Below are positions 40,890 through 51,073 of a stretch of 64,000 nt of DNA, piece by piece. The translations under genes were made by a program, and so were the position numbers. Source of the DNA: Deltaproteobacteria bacterium (GTDB lineage Bacteria > UBA10199 > JADGCS01); contig JADGCS010000006.1 in assembly GCA_015228875.1 (NCBI GenBank), forward strand, positions 2,611-66,610, written 5' to 3'. The notes beneath the pieces are model-generated. The model searched no databases. It was not told the origin of the DNA and worked only from the letters and a program-made list of their open reading frames with translations. Numbering within the stretch: position 1 is the stretch's first letter; the number at the start of each line of letters is the position of its first letter.

Positions 40890-42137
40890 ATGCCCCTCGA
40901 CACACTTTATTCAGAGCAGACAATAAAAATTAAAGACACAGTCAAAGATTTTGTCTCTGCAGTCCCCAAAAAACTCCTGCTTGATATGGACGCCGAAAGA
41001 ATCAATTACCCGCGCGACTACCTCGAAGAGGCGGGCAGGCGAGGCATTCTGGGACTTCGCTTTGACAAAGAGTGGGGCGGAAAAAATATGGGCTGGACCA
41101 CAGAACTCGCGGCCCTTGAAGAAGTGGGCGTGCTCGGGACATCCCTGGCATGCCTGTATTCACTTGTCTCGATTGTTGGTGAGGCCATTCATTGTTTTGG
41201 CACACACGAGCAAAAGAAAAAATACTTAAGGCCCATGATCATGGGCAAGCTCGCGCCGGCAGAGGCTTTGACCGAGCCGCGGGGCGGGTCTGATTTTTTT
41301 GGGGCGACCACAGTGGCCACGCGCAAGGGCGATCTGTTTTATCTTAATGGTCAAAAGCGCTTTGTTGTTGGTTCTGAAGGCGCCGATCTTTTTTTGGTCT
41401 ACGCACGTGTTGAGGGCATAGATGACCCGCACAAGGCGATGACGGCCTTTCTGGTAGAGCGTTCCGACACGGTCGAGGTGAAGCACGTCTACGGATTGAT
41501 GGGGACGCGCGGTGGCGGCACAGGGCGTCTTGTCTTTCGTGATACCCCTGTGCCCATTTCAAATGTGTTGGGCGAGGAAAGCGGTATTGGCCGTGGTTCC
41601 GATGTCTTTCATCAAATGATGGTCCCGGAGCGGATGACGTCCGCCGGAGGGGCCGTGGGCATGGGCAGGGCGGCCATTGAAGTCGCTGCCCGCTATGCCG
41701 ACAGACGCAAGGCCTTTGGGCAGAAGATCAGGCGCTTTGAGGCCGTGAGTTTTAAAATAGCGGAGAGCCTGACACTGCTTGATGCGGCACGCTCCCTTAA
41801 TTATACGGTTGGTCGGGCCTGCGAAACAGGCGGCTCTACGGGCAAGATCAGGCGCCTGGTGAGCGAGGCAAAAAAGTTTTCCACCGAGACCGCGTGGACT
41901 GTAGTCAATCACGCCATGCAGGTCATGGGCGGGATTGGTTACACCAATGTGTTTCCGATCGAGCGCATGCTCAGAGACGTGAGGCTCATCACCATCTGGA
42001 CCGGCACCAACGAGATCATGAATCAGGTGATTCAACACGAATACTACAAAGAGTTTTCAGGCACGCCACTTAAGGGGCGTGATACCGAAATGGACGCGGA
42101 AGGCTCTGATCTTGAAGGTGAAAAAATTTATGAGTGA
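40890..42137 (+). CDS. acyl-CoA dehydrogenase
   Basis: [25 protein letters not shown] and IWTGTNEI. Confidence 0.93.
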   Translation: MPLDTLYSEQTIKIKDTVKDFVSAVPKKLLLDMDAERINYPRDYLEEAGRRGILGLRFDKEWGGKNMGWTTELAALEEVGVLGTSLACLYSLVSIVGEAIHCFGTHEQKKKYLRPMIMGKLAPAEALTEPRGGSDFFGATTVATRKGDLFYLNGQKRFVVGSEGADLFLVYARVEGIDDPHKAMTAFLVERSDTVEVKHVYGLMGTRGGGTGRLVFRDTPVPISNVLGEESGIGRGSDVFHQMMVPERMTSAGGAVGMGRAAIEVAARYADRRKAFGQKIRRFEAVSFKIAESLTLLDAARSLNYTVGRACETGGSTGKIRRLVSEAKKFSTETAWTVVNHAMQVMGGIGYTNVFPIERMLRDVRLITIWTGTNEIMNQVIQHEYYKEFSGTPLKGRDTEMDAEGSDLEGEKIYE

Positions 42138-42349
42138 ATCACAGGGAGAAAACCATGTACATGGAAGATTATATCAGGGTCATTGCGGGTTTTTTTATTT
42201 TACTGTCAACAGCGCTGGGATACTGGTACAGCCCTTACTGGTTCTTGTTTACAGCGTTTGTTGGTGTTAACCTGATTCAGTCAGCATTTACAAAGTGGTG
42301 CCTGATGGAGACCTTACTCAAAAAACTTAAGGTGCCCACACGGTCGTGA
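42134..42349 (+). CDS. DUF2892/YgaP-like small membrane protein
   Basis: IRVIAG...[15 protein letters not shown]; start is probably 42155. Confidence 0.8.
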   Translation: MNHREKTMYMEDYIRVIAGFFILLSTALGYWYSPYWFLFTAFVGVNLIQSAFTKWCLMETLLKKLKVPTRS

Positions 42350-42675
42350 TCATGGGGTTTATGGTCAAAAAAAATCAAGAGGAGGTGTCTGTGCCCACAG
42401 GCAAAATTTCGCTTACGTTGCACGAAAAAGAGCAATTTGAGTCCCAGACAGTCATGCTTTCGGGACACGGTTATGTGAGGTGTGTGTTTAAAAAATGTAC
42501 CGTTGTGGTGACCAACTCGCCCTTGATGATCAAACACTGCCAGTTTTATAACTGCAACTGGCGTTTCGAATACGACGTCCTGTGGGGCAATCGGGGTCAC
42601 ACCAAGCTGCTTAAAGAGATTATCGCGATGATCGAAGGGGGCACTGTCAAGGATGTTTCATCCGTTGTCCATTAA
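42346..42675 (+). CDS. hypothetical protein
   Basis: ORF in operon context; F..QTV.L.G..YVRCVFKKC pattern. Confidence 0.6.
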   Translation: MIMGFMVKKNQEEVSVPTGKISLTLHEKEQFESQTVMLSGHGYVRCVFKKCTVVVTNSPLMIKHCQFYNCNWRFEYDVLWGNRGHTKLLKEIIAMIEGGTVKDVSSVVH

Positions 42676-42679
42676 TATT

Positions 42680-44206
42680 ATGAATGCCATAGTGAGGTTC
42701 AAAAAAGTTCTAATGTCTAGGAATTTTAAAGTTGACAGAGCGCGGGTGCATGCCTCGCATAACGGAGGAATTCGACCGCGTAAGAGTCAAGTTAGTAACT
42801 TGTTGCTCACCCTGTCTCTGGCAATATTGCTACAGGGTTTCTTTGTTGATGCCTTTGCCTTCGAAGGGGAGAGTCCTGCCTTAAAAGAAAAATGGCAGAT
42901 AGGCGTTGACGCGATCATGCAACCCGCGATCGAGGCAAAAAGGCTTGTCGGTGCCGTTGTGGGGATCATCACACCCGAGGGGATGGCCGTGTACGGGTAT
43001 GGGGCTACAAAACTTAATGGCAAAGATGTCCCTGATGGCGATACCGTTTTTTACATCGCGTCAATTACAAAGACGGTTACGTCCCTTGTCCTTGCACAGA
43101 TGGCTGAAAATAAAGACCTTAAACTCACCGACCCCGTGGCAAAATTTTTGCCGCAGGGTGTGACAGTTCCTCATTACAAAGGCAGGGAGATCACACTACT
43201 TGATTTATCAACACACCATTCGGGATTGCCCTTGATGCCGTCAAACTTTGATCTTTCAAATCCCGTAAAGTCCTTCAAGGCTTATGATACAAAAATGCTT
43301 TATGATTTTTTATCGGACCACAAACTCAAATACATGCCAGGGACACGGTACGAGTACAGCAATTTGGGAGCAGGGCTTTTGGGGCACGTGCTTTCGCTTA
43401 AAAGCGGCAAAACCTACGAGGATCTTGTGACCGATCTTGTGCTTAAACCCCTTAAAATGCACGACACAGGGCAATCACGCAATAAGATCAAAAACACACT
43501 CGTCACAGGTTACGACTGGGACCTGCAAAAAAGGGTGCCTTGGCCGGATAAGGTGATCCTCGAAGGCGCGGGGGCCCTCTATTCAACGGCGCATGACATG
43601 TTAAGATATCTTGGCGCCAACATGGGATTCATTGATTCCCCACTGGGCAAGGCCATGCAGATCACGCATGTGCCGAAAAAAAAGGCCCAAGCAAAATCCA
43701 TCGGTCTCGGGTGGTTTATCAGCGATCATCAGGGACAGACGCTTGTCTGGCACAATGGGGACACACCGAGTTGCAGTTCTTGGGCGGGTTTTATCAAATC
43801 AAAAAACACTGGTGTGGTTGTCCTTGCCAATACATCGACACTCTTTAACGGGATTATTGATGATGCGGGCCTTAACGTGGTGAGTCTGCTGCTTGGACGA
43901 TCCTACAAACCCTTTATATTTCCGGAAGAGGTAAAGATAAAATCGGGATTGTTAAAGGAGTACTCAGGCGAGTACAGGTCGCAGGACGCGAAAAAGACCG
44001 TGCAGATCAAACCACAGGCAGGCGGGCTGTGGGTGGTGTTTTCAAAAAATGAGAGCATCAGGTTTTATGCCGCATCAGAGACCTCATTTTTTTCCAAGCT
44101 CAATCTGACAAACCTTGTCTTTAAAAGAGACAACCTTGGGACCGTCTCCCGTTTAATTTTTAACACTTATGATGGCGACGAAGCAGAATACCGGAGAGCA
44201 AGATAA
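42680..44206 (+). CDS. Class C beta-lactamase-like serine hydrolase with repeat A inserted in frame in the signal peptide
   Basis: SITK, YSN and WHNG motifs; signal peptide ends AFA. Confidence 0.88.
   Translation: MNAIVRFKKVLMSRNFKVDRARVHASHNGGIRPRKSQVSNLLLTLSLAILLQGFFVDAFAFEGESPALKEKWQIGVDAIMQPAIEAKRLVGAVVGIITPEGMAVYGYGATKLNGKDVPDGDTVFYIASITKTVTSLVLAQMAENKDLKLTDPVAKFLPQGVTVPHYKGREITLLDLSTHHSGLPLMPSNFDLSNPVKSFKAYDTKMLYDFLSDHKLKYMPGTRYEYSNLGAGLLGHVLSLKSGKTYEDLVTDLVLKPLKMHDTGQSRNKIKNTLVTGYDWDLQKRVPWPDKVILEGAGALYSTAHDMLRYLGANMGFIDSPLGKAMQITHVPKKKAQAKSIGLGWFISDHQGQTLVWHNGDTPSCSSWAGFIKSKNTGVVVLANTSTLFNGIIDDAGLNVVSLLLGRSYKPFIFPEEVKIKSGLLKEYSGEYRSQDAKKTVQIKPQAGGLWVVFSKNESIRFYAASETSFFSKLNLTNLVFKRDNLGTVSRLIFNTYDGDEAEYRRAR
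42714..42803 (+). repeat. Repeat family A copy, in frame within the CDS
   Basis: TGT to TGT distance is 87 bp. Confidence 0.95.
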
Positions 44207-44260
44207 AAGAGGGCATCAGCGTTTTACGAGGGGCCAGACCGCGTTGTTATCTGCTATCGC

Positions 44261-44418
44261 CTAGGAGCCTGTCGGACAACTCCTGTTTCTCCGGAAGTTT
44301 GAAAATTTTGCCGCTTGCAAAATATTTCAAACCCTGAAAAATCATGTCTTTACGTTTTGTCACGGGACATGATTTTTCAGGACTCCTCCGAAACAGGAGT
44401 TGTCCGACAGGCTCCTAG
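44261..44418 (+). mobile_element. Family C MITE-like element bounded by CTAG
   Basis: Perfect 29-bp IR ctaggagcctgtcggacaactcctgtttc / gaaacaggagttgtccgacaggctcctag. Confidence 0.9.
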
Positions 44419-44424
44419 GGCGGT

Positions 44425-46413
44425 TCAATTGCTTTTTTTGGGTTCGAGCATTTCCAGAATCTGCTGTATCTTCTTTTTTGTCTCGGGGTTGTTGGGGTTG
44501 ATTTCGAGTGCGTGATTAAAATCGTCAAGGGCCTCTTTGGGTCTTTTAAGACGCAGAAGGGCCCCGCCTCTCTTTATATAACTGTCTTCGTGATTTGGGT
44601 TGGCAATCACATAACGGCTTAAATCTGTGATGGCGTTTTGGAAATCCAGGATGCCGAGGTAAGTCATGGCCCTGTTGTAAAAAGGGGGCGTAAAGTTTGG
44701 ATCCAACTGTATGGCTGTAGTGAAATCAGTGATGGCAGATTGAAACTGTTTGAGTCTTCTCAAGACATTCCCCCTGTTGTTGTAGCCCTTGGCGTGCGCA
44801 GGTTGCATCGAGAGGAGCGTGTTGTAATCGTTAAGGGCCTCTACGTTTTTATTGAGGGCGTAATGGGTGGTCCCCCTGTTGAAGTAAGCCTTTGCAAGTT
44901 GCGGATTTATTTTTATGGCCTCTGTATAATCCTGAACGGCTTCATCATATTTGCCCTGCATGTGAAACACAGCACCCCTGTTAAGACGGGCGAATTCGTT
45001 CTCAGGTCTGAGTGTCACAGCCTTGTTAAGATCGTTGAGGGCCTCGTTGAGCCGGCCCATCTCAATCAGCTCTTTGCCCCTGTTGTTGTAGGCCCTGCCC
45101 TCGGACTGTGTTATTGCAATGCAGTGATCCCACAAGCTGAGGTTGGTTTTCCATACCGGAACCTGCACCAGGGAAGTTCTCAGTGCCAACAGGCCAATTA
45201 CCAACACAGGGATGGACCAGACTGCTTGTTTGTTGATGTGCCTTACCATACAGGAAAGAAATAAAGAGATGCCCGCCATTGAAAAATAAAAGTAGCGGTC
45301 GGCCACTGTAGACCACTCTTGAAATCCAAAGATTACAAGACCCGAGACGGGCAAAAACCCAGCCACAATCATTGTGAGGGCTGTCAGAAACCAGGGCTGC
45401 TTTTTTCTCAATAAAAGGGCCGCTGTGCCAAACAGCACGGGGATCACCCACTCGATAAAGAACCACCATTCCAAAATGAGCGTGTGTGGCTTTCGTGCAT
45501 AGGTTGCGGCAAGTGTGAGCGGGTTGATGACCTTTAAGAGATAAAAATTCACGGCGTCCATAAAGATCAACGGCCGCGCCCACAGTGGGCTTTGCACCTG
45601 AATGGCTACATCAGGTTGATTTAAGTTTGTGGTGATGAGTACAGGGACAAGAATGATAACAAAGGGGAGGGTCTTGATGAGGGATTTTTTAAAACCACTG
45701 CAAAGGACCACAAAAAAAATGACAAACACCGTCAGGGGCAGGCCCGCCATGATGGGTTTTGAGAGGATTGCAGGGATAAAGACCGCGAGGGCCACAACGT
45801 AGCTGGCCTTGGTATTTTTTACCAGGAGGTTGACCAGAATCAGTCCAAAGAATGTCCCTGTCAGTCCTCCGAGATTTGAAACATAACAGACAGCCTCTGT
45901 CTGCAGCGGGTGGACAAGAAACAACAGCGTGCCAAAGAGCGCGGCCCCCTTGTGTCTTGTCATGCGAAATAGAAAACAGAAGAGCAGCAGTCCGTTTGAT
46001 ATGTGAATGCCCAGATTAAACAGGTGAAAATAAAACGGATCATATGTCCCACCGCCGAGCATCTTAAGGAGATACCAGATGAGATAGGGGACAAACATAA
46101 ACATGTCTGTCGTGGCTGCCTGAGAGATATTACTGACCGACAGTTGACTGATGTTAAAATTTTCAAAGAACCGCCACGGGTCATCCCAGACAAACTCAAA
46201 AGCCATGGTTTGTCCAAAGACAGCGAGGGGGAGCAGGATCAACGTGATCAGACATAACCAGTTGGTTGGCGATTGTAAAAAACAAGTTACTAACCTGACT
46301 GTGACGCGGTTGCATTCCGCCGTCTTGCGAGGAATGCACCCGCGCTCTGTCGACTTTGAAATTTCTATACATCCAGTTGCCGGGGGTGAGGGGGTTATAG
46401 ATTTATGCTCCAT
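44425..46413 (-). CDS. TMTC-like glycosyltransferase-TPR protein with repeat A in frame near the N-terminus
   Basis: FVWDD, HLFNLGIH, HPLQTEAV and ADRYFY motifs; about 6 TPRs. Confidence 0.85.
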   Translation of the reverse strand: MEHKSITPSPPATGCIEISKSTERGCIPRKTAECNRVTVRLVTCFLQSPTNWLCLITLILLPLAVFGQTMAFEFVWDDPWRFFENFNISQLSVSNISQAATTDMFMFVPYLIWYLLKMLGGGTYDPFYFHLFNLGIHISNGLLLFCFLFRMTRHKGAALFGTLLFLVHPLQTEAVCYVSNLGGLTGTFFGLILVNLLVKNTKASYVVALAVFIPAILSKPIMAGLPLTVFVIFFVVLCSGFKKSLIKTLPFVIILVPVLITTNLNQPDVAIQVQSPLWARPLIFMDAVNFYLLKVINPLTLAATYARKPHTLILEWWFFIEWVIPVLFGTAALLLRKKQPWFLTALTMIVAGFLPVSGLVIFGFQEWSTVADRYFYFSMAGISLFLSCMVRHINKQAVWSIPVLVIGLLALRTSLVQVPVWKTNLSLWDHCIAITQSEGRAYNNRGKELIEMGRLNEALNDLNKAVTLRPENEFARLNRGAVFHMQGKYDEAVQDYTEAIKINPQLAKAYFNRGTTHYALNKNVEALNDYNTLLSMQPAHAKGYNNRGNVLRRLKQFQSAITDFTTAIQLDPNFTPPFYNRAMTYLGILDFQNAITDLSRYVIANPNHEDSYIKRGGALLRLKRPKEALDDFNHALEINPNNPETKKKIQQILEMLEPKKSN
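46282..46371 (-). repeat. Repeat family A copy, in frame within the CDS
   Basis: 87-bp unit translated as IEISKSTERGCIPRKTAECNRVTVRLVTC. Confidence 0.95.
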
Positions 46414-46557
46414 ATGATTGATCTTCTGTTCTTTTATCTATAAATGTTCAGCAAGGATTTGTAAATCATGAATCAGGATCCTGTGGTTCCTGTAGAGCCC
46501 GTGTGTTTTCGCTGCTGCGTGCGTGGTTGAATGTATCCAAAAAAACGAGGAGGGGTG

Positions 46558-47562
46558 ATGAACAAAAAACTGATTTTTTTTATTTTTGTTGTGATCATTG
46601 CAATTCTTGTGGTCATTGCCATGTGGGGAGGCGATAATTCGGAGAGATCGGGAAAAACAAATACGCGCTCTCTGGGAGAGGGGCGGCAATTCGACCCAAG
46701 GTTTGCAAACAGGGGAGGCAACATCAGCCTGTTCAAGAGTCAGGATGGGGTATGGGAGTCAGACGATTGCGAAAACATCATGACCAGCATTGATGTGCAG
46801 GGCGCAAAGAAAAATATTTCCATCAGCAATTGTCCCGGGATCTGTGAGCAGGACCTGCTCGTTGCCACCGAGTTTGGCAGATACACGCAGGGTTTTACAG
46901 CGGACGAGATCAGCACGCTTAAAACAATGCTTGAGGCAGATTTGTCAGACAACGGTGGAAACTACTTTGCCATCTGTGATCAACAGAGGTGCGATGACAG
47001 GGGGATATTCAAGGATCTCAATCAGGAAGACCCCCTGTATCACGTAGATGAATGCGGGCAGATGATGGCGAATCCGGATGAGGTCTCAGCTTCCGGGACT
47101 TATGCGGGCGAGATGCGATCGTGTGAATGTGAAATATCAGGGAGGATCATTCACGGACAGCCCTGTCAGCAGCAAGGACAAAAAAAGATGGCCTGTCTGA
47201 ACGGGCAGGTGCTTTATGAACTGGTCCAGCAGGAAAAAGACTCAAGGCCCGAAGTTAAAACCACAGCAGATGTTTTGGGCAGTGATGATGCTGTGACCGA
47301 CTCGAAGACCGATGCGGGGAGTGATGTGAATGCGAAGGCTGTGGTGAAGAAAGAAAAAGCAGTCAAGGTCCCTCGCAAACCCAAAGATGACACAGAAGAC
47401 CCCGACGCCCTGGATGATGAGGAAGACGGCGAGGATCAACCCACGCGTGATCATGCAAGGGATGGGGAAGATGGCAGCCCCGATGGTCTCGAGAAAGACG
47501 AAAAGGACGCTGATGGTGACGCGGGCCGCACGGGCAGGGATGAAGAAGAGACCGAAGAGTAA
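46558..47562 (+). CDS. Membrane-anchored Cys-rich hypothetical protein with an acidic tail
   Basis: GAGGAGG RBS, N-terminal TM, 10 Cys and a D/E-rich C-terminus. Confidence 0.7.
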   Translation: MNKKLIFFIFVVIIAILVVIAMWGGDNSERSGKTNTRSLGEGRQFDPRFANRGGNISLFKSQDGVWESDDCENIMTSIDVQGAKKNISISNCPGICEQDLLVATEFGRYTQGFTADEISTLKTMLEADLSDNGGNYFAICDQQRCDDRGIFKDLNQEDPLYHVDECGQMMANPDEVSASGTYAGEMRSCECEISGRIIHGQPCQQQGQKKMACLNGQVLYELVQQEKDSRPEVKTTADVLGSDDAVTDSKTDAGSDVNAKAVVKKEKAVKVPRKPKDDTEDPDALDDEEDGEDQPTRDHARDGEDGSPDGLEKDEKDADGDAGRTGRDEEETEE

Positions 47563-47575
47563 AAAAATCGTTGTT

Positions 47576-49339
47576 TTATCTCCAGTACATTTGCATAGAC
47601 CTGTAAAGTGAGTCTGTAATACTTGGCTGACCGGCAATCAGTTCGGCGAATCGGATCATCGCCTGCTGGCAGTCTTCGTCATAAAACAGACGCGCGGTAT
47701 GCTTATGCTCTGCGCCTGACAGGTAACACTCGCGGATCCACAGGGCCCTCAACAGAGCGATCTCTTCACGAACCGAGAGCGAGCGGTCGGTTGAGCGGAG
47801 ATGGGCTTCAACAATAATATCTTTGTAATCGTCAAACAGGGCGGCCTTGCCGAGATCGTGACCTTTGTCGAGACGCTTACTCAGCCACCGAGCTGTCTGC
47901 TCATATGTCATGGCGGTTTTGCTTTTGCACAGTCTCTTAAATTGTCTGTAAAGGGATACAAGGGCGGGCCAGCGGGTGAGTCCTGTCTCAATGTCAAAAC
48001 GGGCGAGTGCCGATGCCACCATGACCGCATCGCGTGTGCAAAGGTGCGTCCCCGCTTGCTGTAACATGCCCTGCAAGAGGTCTCTTTTCCACACGGCCAT
48101 ATCATAGTAGAAGGGTTTTTTAAGCGCGATGGCCTCTTCGAGGCTTCGTGTTCCAGTGACAAGGACGGGGAGGTCAGACTGCTGCATGAACCTTAAAAAG
48201 AGTTGATGACCGACAGGTCCGACCCTGATGATGGTGACATCGGGATACTCAACGCCTTGGTTGATGACACCCTGATAAAAAACTTGTGTAAAGGGATGGC
48301 TTGTGTCCTTGAGGACCTGTAATCTTGTGCTGCATGAACTGCTAAAGTCAAAGATGACAATACCTCCCTCTGATGAAATCTCGCCAGAGTCCAGTGCCTG
48401 CTTGAGCCGATTAAAATAACCGTTCTCCCTGTTCTGAAACAAGAAGTTGCCATCGTGATAATAGGCAAAGCCCCATCTTGCCTGGGCATAATTTTTTAGC
48501 GTGTCTCGAAGCCAGATATCGTGTTTGGTACAAAGATCCAGCAGGAGAACTTCGCGGTATTTGTCATCGCCAACGGGAGGGGTTTTGGGCAGTTCGGTAT
48601 CGTCGATTAAAATGCCGTGATCGGTATCCAATAGCCCCGCGGTCATCACAGCGTGAAGGCGGCTTTTTCTATCGCGGCATACGTCGTTGAGTGACAACTG
48701 TGGGGGTAGCAGGATGTCTTGCGAGGCCCCGGGTTCTGTAAGATAAATATTCAAGGGTGCAAGGGGCGGGTGGGGGAGGGCCTCGTCAATAAAATCAAGA
48801 TCAGTCGTTGCGGCGAGGCGGATAACTTGCACTGAGTCGCGGGGGAGTTTTTTTTCGCCTTCGCGGGAAGGGTCCAAGAGAACCCTGACACCGTCAAGAT
48901 AAAATGGACGGGTCCCGTTTGGTTTTGTTGCGAAGACGCGTGATGAAAAAATTGACAAGTCTCTTTTTGCCTCGAAGACAAGGTCGACCTTGAGGTGCGG
49001 GTGCTCGTGTTTAAAACGTCTCGCTACACTAAAGAATGACATGGCATCGCCAAAACCATCATCGGGTGTGATAGGTAGAAAAAAACGGACCCTTTGAAAC
49101 CCTTCGGGGGCAGGGCCAGAGTTTTTTTGATTTCTCTTAACGCCTGTTAACGCGGAGCGGGTCGTTACCTGTCTTGGGGTGGCGGGGGGCAAGGGGGCAC
49201 AGCAGGCATCTGTCTTGACATAACTTATGTCTAAGGCCCTTGAATGCCGGACGAGAGGACAAATTGTAGATGCCCCCGCGGCCGTAGACAATACGGCATG
49301 ACTGGTCATCGCAAGTTGTGGGCAGGTCGAGGGTCTCAT
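47576..49339 (-). CDS. Hypothetical protein, possibly a GT-B fold (EarP-like) glycosyltransferase
   Basis: DDGFGDAMSFFSVARRF and SDLPVLVTGTRSLEEAIALKKPFYYD resemble the two GT-B motif regions. Confidence 0.5.
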   Translation of the reverse strand: MRPSTCPQLAMTSHAVLSTAAGASTICPLVRHSRALDISYVKTDACCAPLPPATPRQVTTRSALTGVKRNQKNSGPAPEGFQRVRFFLPITPDDGFGDAMSFFSVARRFKHEHPHLKVDLVFEAKRDLSIFSSRVFATKPNGTRPFYLDGVRVLLDPSREGEKKLPRDSVQVIRLAATTDLDFIDEALPHPPLAPLNIYLTEPGASQDILLPPQLSLNDVCRDRKSRLHAVMTAGLLDTDHGILIDDTELPKTPPVGDDKYREVLLLDLCTKHDIWLRDTLKNYAQARWGFAYYHDGNFLFQNRENGYFNRLKQALDSGEISSEGGIVIFDFSSSCSTRLQVLKDTSHPFTQVFYQGVINQGVEYPDVTIIRVGPVGHQLFLRFMQQSDLPVLVTGTRSLEEAIALKKPFYYDMAVWKRDLLQGMLQQAGTHLCTRDAVMVASALARFDIETGLTRWPALVSLYRQFKRLCKSKTAMTYEQTARWLSKRLDKGHDLGKAALFDDYKDIIVEAHLRSTDRSLSVREEIALLRALWIRECYLSGAEHKHTARLFYDEDCQQAMIRFAELIAGQPSITDSLYRSMQMYWR

Positions 49340-49429
49340 GGCATAGCATGCGCAGCGCAGTCCTGTCTTGCGTGCTCCTTAAAATAAACGGAATGCATGG
49401 GCACGTCCGTTCCGGTGTTTACATTATAT

Positions 49430-49629
49430 AGAGTCTGTCGGGAAACCCTCGATTTGAACAACAAAAGAGGATCGTCATCGCGAGCGGTGCGTTGCGGTGG
49501 ACATGACGGGGTCATGTCTAACGCTGTGCGCCCACGTGGCGATCTCCCGGATATTAATTGGTTACGGGAGATTGCTTCGTCGCTAATGCTCCTCGCAATG
49601 ACGTAAACCGGGCTTTCCCGACAGACTCT
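49430..49629. mobile_element. Composite element: family C-type TIRs enclosing a CGTC-type palindromic repeat that contains module M
   Basis: agagtctgtcgggaaa / tttcccgacagactct; cgtcatcgcgag...gagattgcttcg...ctcgcaatgacg; inner 49487-49535 aligns to module M. Confidence 0.8.
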
Positions 49630-49772
49630 CTGTACAAGTTACATCGTACAGGCCAATCTAAAGTTGTGGGGAAAATTGCCCCTAAATTCCGCAGATGCAT
49701 AACTTTACAGGATGATTTATAATTTCCGGGGGGCTTTTTTTAAAAAAACTTTTCCCCATTGTTTTAGTATCA

Positions 49773-50636
49773 TCAGCTATCACTGGCAATGGCATTTGCA
49801 AGACCCTTGATCATCGCGAGAGAAAGAAGATGTGTCCTCGCCATTTCTGACAAGTGCTGTTGTCCAAGTGTTGTGGCACCCGACAAATTGCGGACAGTTT
49901 TCCATGCATCTTCTGCCTCAAGTGTGGCGGCGATGACGGCAGATTCGTCAGGGCGTTTAAGTGCAATCCATGCCGACATCGTAAGATACAGGGCTTTCTG
50001 GAAAGCGGCGCGAGTAATGATAAAGTCCGGAATTTGTGCTGCCTTGATATTATTTGGGTTAAGATAGGACTCGCATTCCTTGACCAGGCAGGCCATGATG
50101 CCGGAAAAAATTTCCATATTGGCATTAACCGGAGAAGTTGTTTCATCGGTTTTGACAAAGGCATGTGTGAGAAAAAAGTAAACACCGGCTACAAGGTGCA
50201 GGCGCTGCATGTTAAATGCAGTTTCGGGATACCTGTTGAGGTACATCAAGATTGAAACAGCATCCGACAGGCAGACACTGGCCAGTGCTTCTTTTGCTTT
50301 TTTTTGTTGATCAGAAACGCCTTTCATAAAGCGAACAGTTGCAGAAAGATCAGAGGCCCCTTTCCCAAGCTGTGTGTTTATGACCGTTTCGGGGCCTCTG
50401 TCTGGAATAAACGGGACACCGGCTTGTGTCATTGATGTAAAAAGTGTTTTGTAGAGCGCTCTTGCGGTCCTGGCGGATGAATCGGCAGTTGTCGTCACAA
50501 GATCCGCGACGTAGTCGGTGGTAAAAAAAGTGGCCCTGCGCGATAATCTCGCGGGTGTCTGTGTGTAAAACGGTGCCGCCAACGCAAGAGTATTGACAGC
50601 GCACGCACTTCCTGAAGCTGCTTCTGTGATAAACAT
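49773..50636 (-). CDS. hypothetical helical protein
   Basis: Long ORF; GGAG RBS before ATG 50636. Confidence 0.6.
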   Translation of the reverse strand: MFITEAASGSACAVNTLALAAPFYTQTPARLSRRATFFTTDYVADLVTTTADSSARTARALYKTLFTSMTQAGVPFIPDRGPETVINTQLGKGASDLSATVRFMKGVSDQQKKAKEALASVCLSDAVSILMYLNRYPETAFNMQRLHLVAGVYFFLTHAFVKTDETTSPVNANMEIFSGIMACLVKECESYLNPNNIKAAQIPDFIITRAAFQKALYLTMSAWIALKRPDESAVIAATLEAEDAWKTVRNLSGATTLGQQHLSEMARTHLLSLAMIKGLANAIASDS

Positions 50637-50998
50637 TGTAAATCGTCTCCATGCGATCGTGTGTTTAAACATTTGAGAATTTTATTTTGACAGGCCGCGT
50701 GTGATTGATGCACCTGTTTGGATTAAAATCAGGTGTCTCCCCGCAGAGGGGCCTCTTTGGCGCCCGACGCGGGTTGTGGAAATTAACCGCGAGAAGTCAA
50801 GTTGCCGATTTTTTTTTTGGCCGGCAACGCTACTGATCGCAAAATAACGCCAGTCATCAAAAATCGGGAGCGGAATCTAACAAAAAAAAACGGTGTTTAG
50901 CAAGAGAAAAATTAAAAAAAAATCGTACACGATGGTGTCATCAAGTAAATCTGCGGGGATGTTTTTTTGTATCACTTGGCAAAGTGTTGATTTTAAAG

Positions 50999-51073
50999 CC
51001 TTAGCACTTCGATTCGCAAATACGGTAACGTAATTTGACTACCATTGAATTAAATTTTTGCTCACTCAGTACT
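50999..51073 (+). repeat. Repeat family E, 75-bp direct repeat (left of the arsA pair)
   Basis: 73/75 identical to 53126-53200. Confidence 0.92.

Noticed and set aside
44638-45583. Long antisense or alternative-frame ORFs over TPR genes (also 59561-60211)
   Set aside because: Shadow ORFs of well-supported genes with no recognisable motifs.
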